From NCBI RefSeq assembly GCF_009914755.1, contig NC_060933.1: a stretch of DNA of 64,000 nt. The stretch is one strand, 5' to 3'. The notes under the pieces were generated by a model. That model ran no database searches and was not told the DNA's origin. It saw only the letters and a program-made list of their open reading frames with translations. The stretch is from the human T2T-CHM13v2.0 reference genome, Homo sapiens. A program made the position numbers and the translations under genes. Shown here piece after piece: positions 55,577-64,000 of this stretch (within the stretch, counting starts at the first letter, position 1; the number at the start of each line of letters is the position of its first letter).

Positions 55577-55586
55577 GCACCCAAGA

Positions 55587-55881
<295 letters not shown>

Positions 55882-56051
55882 GGGGGGGGGGGGACTACCT
55901 TTTAAGGAAAAGTAGGTAAATATCTGACAATAATAAAACGAAGAGTACTGATTGTTGACAAAGTTAAAATGTAAGCAAAAATTCCAGAGTATACAGAATG
56001 CCTGGCTTGACAGGGCACCACAAATGAACCTGACTTGAAGTGTGGTTCCAG

Positions 56052-56129
56052 GTGCCTACCTTGTTAGCCTCATGACCAGCCACAAAGAGCCATATTTGTG
56101 TCTGATCATGAGACTAACAAGGTAGGCAA
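56052..56129 (-). ncRNA. MIR4474: pre-miRNA hairpin, hsa-mir-4474 (intronic, sense to MLLT3)
   Basis: 34-bp inverted repeat (56053-56086 / 56095-56128) with an 8-nt loop. On the - strand two of the three mismatches become G-U wobbles. Arms UUAGUCUCAUGAUCAGACACA and UUGUGGCUGGUCAUGAGGCUAA match my recollection of miR-4474-5p/-3p, which is annotated within MLLT3. Confidence 0.88.
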
Positions 56130-56245
56130 ATGCCAGCCTGTGATGTTCCTTACATAGCACTGTAAGGAGCTGAATTCTACAGGTAATAGCTAGCCACCAA
56201 GTATTTTTAAGAGGTGAAAAAACTTGCAGACAACGTGATCTTATA

Positions 56246-56570
56246 CAGTTGCTTGTCTATATCCATGGGTTCCACATCTGTGGATTCAACCAACCACAGA
56301 TTGAAATATTAGGAGAAAAAATTACATCTGTACTGAACTTTTTTATTGTCATTATTCCCTAAGCAATACAGTATACCAACTATTTATATAACATTTACAA
56401 TGTATTAGTTATTATAAGTAATCTAGAGATAATGTGTAGTATACAGGAGAATGTGCATAGGTTATATGCAAATACTATGCTATTTTATATCAGAGATTTC
56501 AGAATCCATGGGTTTGGGTATCCACAGGAGGTCCTGGAACCAATCCCCTGCAGATACTGAGGAATGACTG
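56246..56570. mobile_element. MER2 Tigger MITE nested in the L1
   Basis: TA|cagtt...gactg|TA; atccatgggttccacatctgtggattcaaccaacc and gtcctggaaccaatcccctgcagatactgagg. Confidence 0.9.
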
Positions 56571-58137
56571 TAGACAAACAACCCTAACATCTCCATCAAA
56601 AAACTGTTAGAACTAATAAATAAATTCAGTGAAGCTGCAGGAAACAAAATCAACATCATTTTTCAAACATCAGTAGCATCTGTATATGCTAACAATGAGC
56701 TATCTGAAAGATAAATTAAGAAAACAATCCATTCACTACAGCAACCAAAAAGAACAGAATGCTTAGGAAAAAATTTAAACCAAGAAGTTGAAAGACCTGT
56801 ACACCAGAAACTATAAAAGATTGATGAAAAAAACTGAAGACAACACAAATAAGTGGAAAGACATACTGTGTTCACAAGTGGAGAAATTAATAGTGTTAAA
56901 ATGTCCACACTACCCAAAGTGATCTACAGATTCCCCAATCAAAATTTCAATGACATTTTTTACAGAAATAGAAAAAACAATCCTAAAATTTGTATGGAAC
57001 CACGAAAGACCCCAAATATCTGAAGTAATCTCAAGCAAAAAGAACAAAGCTAGAGGCATCACACTATCTAACTTCAAAGTATACTACCAAGCTACAGTAA
57101 TCAATACAGCATGCTGCTGGTATAAAAAGAGACACACAGATCAATGGAATGGAATAGAGGGCCCAGAAATAAATCTACACATATACAGTCAATTGATTTT
57201 CAACAAAGGTGCCAAGAATGCACAATGGGGAAAGCACAGCCTCTTCAATAAATGGTGTTAGGAAAACTGGACACCACACACATAAGAATGAAATTCGACC
57301 CTTACTTCATACTAAATATAAAAATCAACTCAAAATGGACTAAAGATTCAAATGTAAACCTTGAAACCATAAAAATACTAGAAGAAAACATAGCAGAAAT
57401 TCTCCATGACATTATTCTGGGTGATGATTCTTTGGATATGACCCCAAAAGCACAGGCAACCAAAAACAAAAACAAAAAAATAGATAACTGGGATTACATC
57501 AAACTAAAGAGCTCTGCACAGCAAAGAAAACAATCAACACACTGAAAGACAACCTGCAGCCTGGAAAAAAATATATGCAAACCATGCATCTGATAAAAGA
57601 CTAATATCCAAAATATATGAGGAACTCAAACAACTCAATAGCAAGAAAATAAATAACCTGATTTTAAAATGGGTGAAGGACTTGAAAAGACATTTCTCAA
57701 AAGACGACATACAAATAGGCAACAGGTGTATGAAAAAATGCCCAACATTACTAATCATCAGAGACATGCAAATTAATACCACAATGAGATATCACTTCAC
57801 ACGTGCTAGAATGGCTATTATCGAAAAGATGAAGATAGATTTTTGCAAGGATATAGAGAGCAGAGAAAAAGGATCCACTGTATACTGTTGGTGGGAATGA
57901 AAACTAGTATAGCCATTATGGAAAATTTTAAGGTTCCTCAAAAATTAAATTATTGACCTAGCAATTCCAAAACTGTGTATACATCCAAAGGAAACAAAAC
58001 CAGTATTTCAAAAAGATATCTGTACTTCCATTTTCACTGCAGTACTAGTTACAATAGTCAAGATATGGAATCAACCTAAGTGTCCATGAAGAGAAGAATG
58101 GACAAAGAAAATGTGAAATATATATCCCCAATGGAAT

Positions 58138-58160
58138 TGTGTGTGTGTGTGTGTGTGTGT
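58138..58160. repeat. (TG)n microsatellite inside L1
   Basis: About 11 TG units. Confidence 0.9.
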
Positions 58161-59804
58161 ACAAATATAATTATATTAAAGGCTGAATACTATTCAGCCT
58201 TTAAAAAGAAGGAAATCCTGTCATTTTCAACAACATGAATGAACCTGGAAGACATTATGTTAAGAGAAATAGGCCAGACACAGAAAGACAAATAATCACA
58301 TGATTTCATGTGTATGTGTAATCTAAAAAAGCTGAACTCATTGAATCAAAGAGTAGAATGGTGGTGGGTGGGGGCAGGTGGAGAGTTGGGGAGATGTTGT
58401 TCAAAGGATATAAAATTTCACTTGATAAGAGGAATAAGTTCAAGAGATTTATTGTACAATATGGTGACTACAGTTCATAACAATGTATTTTATTTTGAAA
58501 AACATTAAGGGGATTTTAAGTCTTCTCACCACAAAACATGATGAGTACCTGAGATAATGCATATGTTAATTAGCTCAATTTGGCCATTTCACAATGTATA
58601 CAGATTTCCACATCATGTTATACACTATAAATATGTATAATTTTTATTTTTCAATTTAAAAAATTATTTTTTTAAGTAGAAAAACTTGATGAGACCCATG
58701 TTTTCAGAAAGGTATTTGTCCACAATGAGAAAAATGGTTTGACGGAAAGGAGCCCAAAAGTAGGAAAAATTACTAAGTTCAGGTGAAAAAAAAGAAGGGC
58801 TCACCATAAGTCAAAAGACATGAAGTGAACAAAACAGATGCAAGAACATCCAATTTAGTGACTGATGGCTTGAACCAGAACAGGGGGTGGTTGCTGGTGG
58901 GGTGTTGGTGGTAATCAAAGCATCCTGTCAAAATGAGAATCTACAGAAGTTGGTGAGATGCATGTGTCAAAGTCAAATAGATCAAAAGCTAAGAGAGGAA
59001 ATAAACCAAGATGACAGTGATTTTAAACTCACTTTCTGCAAGAAGCTTGGTTAATTTTAAAACATCATCCATAAATGGCATACTAAGTGACAGAATATGA
59101 CCTCAACACATAATCACAAATTTAAATAGTAAGACTTTTCATCATGGTGATCACCTTATTTGCTAAATTATAAACTTTTTTTTCCTCCAACAAAATTGGA
59201 ATGTAGAAACCAGAGTGCCTGAGATGTCAGAGAACAAGAAACTTTAAAAACAAAGTCATAAAAATGAATAACAGAATAAAAATGGAATCTGTACAAAGTA
59301 CACATATGTAACAGCAAAAATAACAAGTGGGCAGAGGATAAGAATTCGAAGAGGTTAGCCTATAAGTTCTAAAATAAAAACTCTTCTATTTCAGTAATTC
59401 CTCATTCATCCTTACCTTGGCTTATGGCATTGTTTCCTATGCCTCACTTGAAGATGTCTGAAAGGACTATCGTGACACACATTTGTCCTGTTACAAAGAA
59501 GTGGGCTTGATTGCTCCAACAGTTGGTAGGTTTTTCCTCGTCCTCTATGCCTGTATTGCGTCACCTCGGAAGGCTTATGTTACAGGTAAGCAGTAGGCCA
59601 GGCATGTAACATTAGAATATATCCAAGCATTAACTGTTCATACTACCACTAGTTTAGATACCCCCTCAGTGTGATCCCAGCTCAGCCATTTTTCAGCTGT
59701 TGTTACGTGAGCTAAAATGTCCTTCATGGTCCAACTTTACATTCCCAAAGATGGTACAGAAAACATGCATTTCTGTCTTGCTATGTCTGAAAAACAAGGG
59801 ATAG

Positions 59805-60237
<433 letters not shown>

Positions 60238-63200
60238 TAACCGTCAAGTAAATGCTTTTTTTTTTTAACCTTTTAAATATTAAACAACTATACAAAGCCA
60301 GTCTTCAGTGAAACATGCTGTTAGTATAAGGATACAGATTTCTGGCGTTGACTCATTTCCAGTTATTATGCATTCCAAATCACATGCCAAAATTTTAATG
60401 AACTTTCAAATTTACATTTATGAAAACAGACCTTGGCACACATAAATAGGTTATTTTTCCATATCACTTTTCAAAAGGTGCCTCATAGCTAAAATGATTC
60501 TGAGCTGTCTTCTGTCATTCAAGATGAACTCTACAAAAGAACTTAGTGTTCTTACTTTTACACTAATTTATTCTACATTCATTTTAGTCAGCATATGGCA
60601 AGCATATGGGAAAGAGAAGTGTATCTGGAAGCTGTTAGAACTGCATGTAATCAAAATCTACCAGTAGAAACCTAATTTGATTAATTGAAAATTAAAGTAG
60701 TAGTTAATCACTTGCTATTTAAGTAGGGGGTGGGTATCACTTAAAAACGAATCTTTCTCAAACATGTAAAATTAATTCTCTTTGTTCCAAATCAACACTT
60801 ACTATTCAATTGGCAGTATGAAGAGTGCAAGGCACCCCCTAAAACCTTTAACAAGTAGGCCCTGGCTTAATGCGAAAGTGAGTAGTAAATTTTCAAGACG
60901 GTGTCTACATTTGAAAGAGAACTGTTTCTTAAAACATCACTTTAGCAGTTAATTGACCTTTAAAAGAAGGGAAAGGGGACTAGCTGAATCCAGATCAAGT
61001 TCCACCGATATCTACCTCTTAAGTTTTGAAGCTTACAAACAATCTACAAATTCATATAATCTGTTAATTGAGCATCTTTCGGCAATCTACTTCTTACTTA
61101 CAAGGCACCAAAAGAAAATCAGTGTCTGGGGAAGAGCTAAGGAAATATTTCTGAAGCCTAAAATTGCCTCCCCCAAGTTGACTGCAGCCTAGGCTCAAAA
61201 CTTCCTTCATTTTTTTAAAATGAGAATGTTAACCCTACAAAAACATATTCATAAAAAGGTCCTAGTTTATATAACATTTCTTAAAGCTTGCCTTTAAAAA
61301 AGAGACCCTTATAGGTTTCCTCCTTTCTTCCCAAATCTTTGGTCTAACAAAGTAATCAAAACCAAAATTAATCTCATGTTCAAAGCCAGCAGATGATTTC
61401 TCAAGATTACCCAATTTCTTCCTGCCCATGCATGCAAGAATTTGCTTATTAACTTCCTCAAAGATAGAGCAGCAATATTAGAAGAAAATTAACCAATCAC
61501 AAAATGTCATGTAGTCTATTCCCAAAATGGAAAAAAAAAAAAAAAAACAAATCTCAAGCCCAGAAAAATAGATAAATCAATTGGCTCAACATTTTAATGT
61601 TAAAATCATAATAGAATAAAAGGAAAAGGAAAGGTACTCTTCACAATAAGAATCTATAACAATCCAAATAAAGTATGCCTAAAATCATGATTAGACATCA
61701 AAATATAACACATTTGTTTAAAAAAAGAATAAAAGCAGTTTACATGAGGGGAGAGGTAGCCATAATAAATCTGGAAATTAATTCAATAACATTAAGATAT
61801 TCAAATGTATATTCCCTGCTGCTTAATCCAAAAGGAGAGGTTCTATTTCAATGCATCACAATAAAATAGTTTAGCATCTGTCTCCTACTAACCAGAATCA
61901 CAGATTTTGAAACTGCTCTAAATTTAAAATACTGCAACTTTCCCATCATAATGTTCTTATTTATGGTCTCACAAAACTGCAGGTAAATGAAAAACCTACA
62001 GAACACTTGAAACAAGTAAGGATGACAACAGATCCATTCCCTTACCTCTCACCCCACATTCCGCCCTTCCCCTTTTATAAAGAAAAATGTCTTCAGTCCT
62101 ATCAGTTTCCTTTCACAAACACTCTGCATCATGTATCCTCAGGAGGCCCATCCACTAAAAGGAGAATGAAAGTGTTTACAGATGGTAGAAAGAGATAGGA
62201 GAGGACACTACCGCAGTGCCAACACTATCATCCCAGGATCTAGAGACCTAAAGCAGAAGAAATTCTAGTCAACAAAACCCCAGTCATAACTGTAGGGAGG
62301 AACTGAAAGTAAATCTTAGAGGTAAAGAATGAAGAAGACAAAAGATTAAAAATTCAGGCACAAGAAATGATTTAGATGGGTAAGAACAAACCACTGCTTT
62401 ACAAAGTCAGACTTCATACAATTCAAGTAGACTAGCCTCGTAAATTAAAGAAACTTAACAGAACAAAAAGTAATAAATTCATAAAAAAAAGTTTTAAACC
62501 CAAACGGCTAAAAAGATTTGACATGTTCACTAATGGAAGTATAAAATAAGTATCTATAAACCCCATAGGTCCAGCAAAAACAAAATATGGCTAAGCATCC
62601 CCATTTTACAATACTGAAAAACATTTCCATTTTATGGTATCACTAATTCATATGGCTGTCGTCTCTACATCCTCAAGGAACTCATAACCAAAAGAATATG
62701 GTATATGATTTCATTTTAAATAATTTCATTTTTAAAGTCTGGTGATTGTGTGTTTGGAAAGGGGTGGTGAAGACATGACAAGGAATTACAGGTCAATGTA
62801 CATCAGTGGGAATCAGAAGCACAAGGTCTCTGTTCTTTTCATGCAAGAGAGGTATCTATTGTCCTAGGCTTCATATTGCATATGATGTATGTACAATGCC
62901 CACAACCGTTTACATTCCATGAAGATCTAATGAACTCCAGTTCTGAGTGGGTTCTTCAAACTCTCTCCATTCAGAGTCCAGACTGGGTACCCAGAACATC
63001 TGGTAGCACAAATCACTGAAGTCTACCAAAGATGGCAATCTTTTTGTTTTATGGTGGATTCCTTTTTTTTAAGTATGTTCACCATGGACAGTATACTCAT
63101 TAAAATATGTACTGAAAGGTATATTTATTCTGTTCAAAGTTCAGCTGAAATGTAGTGGGGGAAAAGCTTTTACTGTTTCTTTATAATTCTTTGACTCTAG

Positions 63201-63689
63201 ATAAAAATGGTTCTCACTCTTTAGTTGTGCTTGTAGTGGCTTTAAGTCATTGAAACACCCAGGCATTGAGTAAGAGGTGGCCCTTTTGAATTTGTTGAAG
63301 ATGTGTTTCTCTTCTACCTTGGTCTTTCTCCTAAGCATTAATATCTACAACACTTGAGGTTTTGGCTTTTGTTTAAGCATAAATAATTGAAATACTGTAT
63401 GATACCATGTTAAAAATAAGCCACCACGCCAAGACTGTATTAATAGCACAGTTCAAGTCACTGCTGTAACGTACATGGCACTGCATCTTTCACTAACAAA
63501 CGAAATGTAACCTGAACTTTGTCTTACACATAGCCTTGAAAACAGATATTTCATTACTACCACATATTTTTGTTTTATATCCTGCCAAATGATTAACTAA
63601 GTTTTATTGTAAAAGAACTGTCAATCAGAGCACAGTATAATGATCAGGGTACAATTATTTTTTTTTTTTTTTTACATCTGATATCCACC

Positions 63690-63810
63690 ACTTACAAACT
63701 TAGGCAGGCCAGTTGGCTTCCTGGAAGCTCAGGTTCTTCATAAAGATGAGAATATCAACATTACCTTAGCTGAATTATGTGAATCAAATGTGAAAATGTT
63801 TTATAAACCC
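63690..63810 (+). mobile_element. MIR fragment
   Basis: gctcaggttcttcataaagatgagaata...ttatgtgaatcaaatgtgaaaatg. Confidence 0.45.
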
Positions 63811-64000
63811 TAAAATTCTATTTTTAAAACCATGAAGGAAAGACTGACAGGCTATATTAGATAAATATTAAATATTTCTGCTTGGCGAAAGAGCAAGGCA
63901 CCACCACTATCAAATGATAAACTAGAAGAAAATATGTGTAACACATCTGAAAAAGAGTTAATGTCTTTAAAGAATTCCAACAACTTGATAAGCAAAAAGA

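Larger units (their letters stand above)
56227..58678 (+). mobile_element. 5'-truncated L1MA-type LINE (ORF2 3' half plus 3' UTR), frameshifted
   Basis: ORF-track fragments [24 protein letters not shown] and [10 protein letters not shown] are L1 ORF2. The element begins at a decayed RT (F)ADDMILY motif. TSD-like gaaaaa(a)cttg at 56216-56226 and 58679-58688. Confidence 0.92.

Noticed and set aside
56950-57900. ORF cluster resembling a reverse-transcriptase system
   Set aside because: Frameshifted, stop-interrupted L1 ORF2 remnants in a 5'-truncated element; not a functional or novel RT system.

Overview
This is primate, almost certainly human, genomic DNA: an AluYb8 with its diagnostic 7-bp duplication is present. 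The window lies inside the MLLT3 (AF9) gene, which is transcribed on the - strand. It holds two coding exons of the YEATS acyl-lysine reader domain. Exon 3 (10488-10570, 83 nt, missed by the ORF track) and exon 4 (1907-2050, 144 nt) splice in frame. The rest is intron: the start of intron 4, all of intron 3 and about 53 kb of intron 2. It is AT-rich and filled with Alu, L1, L2, MIR, MaLR/ERV LTRs and DNA-transposon MITEs. A near-perfect 34-bp hairpin at 56052-56129 corresponds to the intronic microRNA MIR4474 and sits in a nested stack of transposons. Essentially all other ORFs in the track are repeat-derived or chance ORFs. I found no evidence of a new multi-gene biological system; the findings are modest structural and evolutionary observations. 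Repeat subfamily names and exon/residue numbering come from memory of consensus and reference sequences, not from a search, and boundaries of old repeats are approximate.
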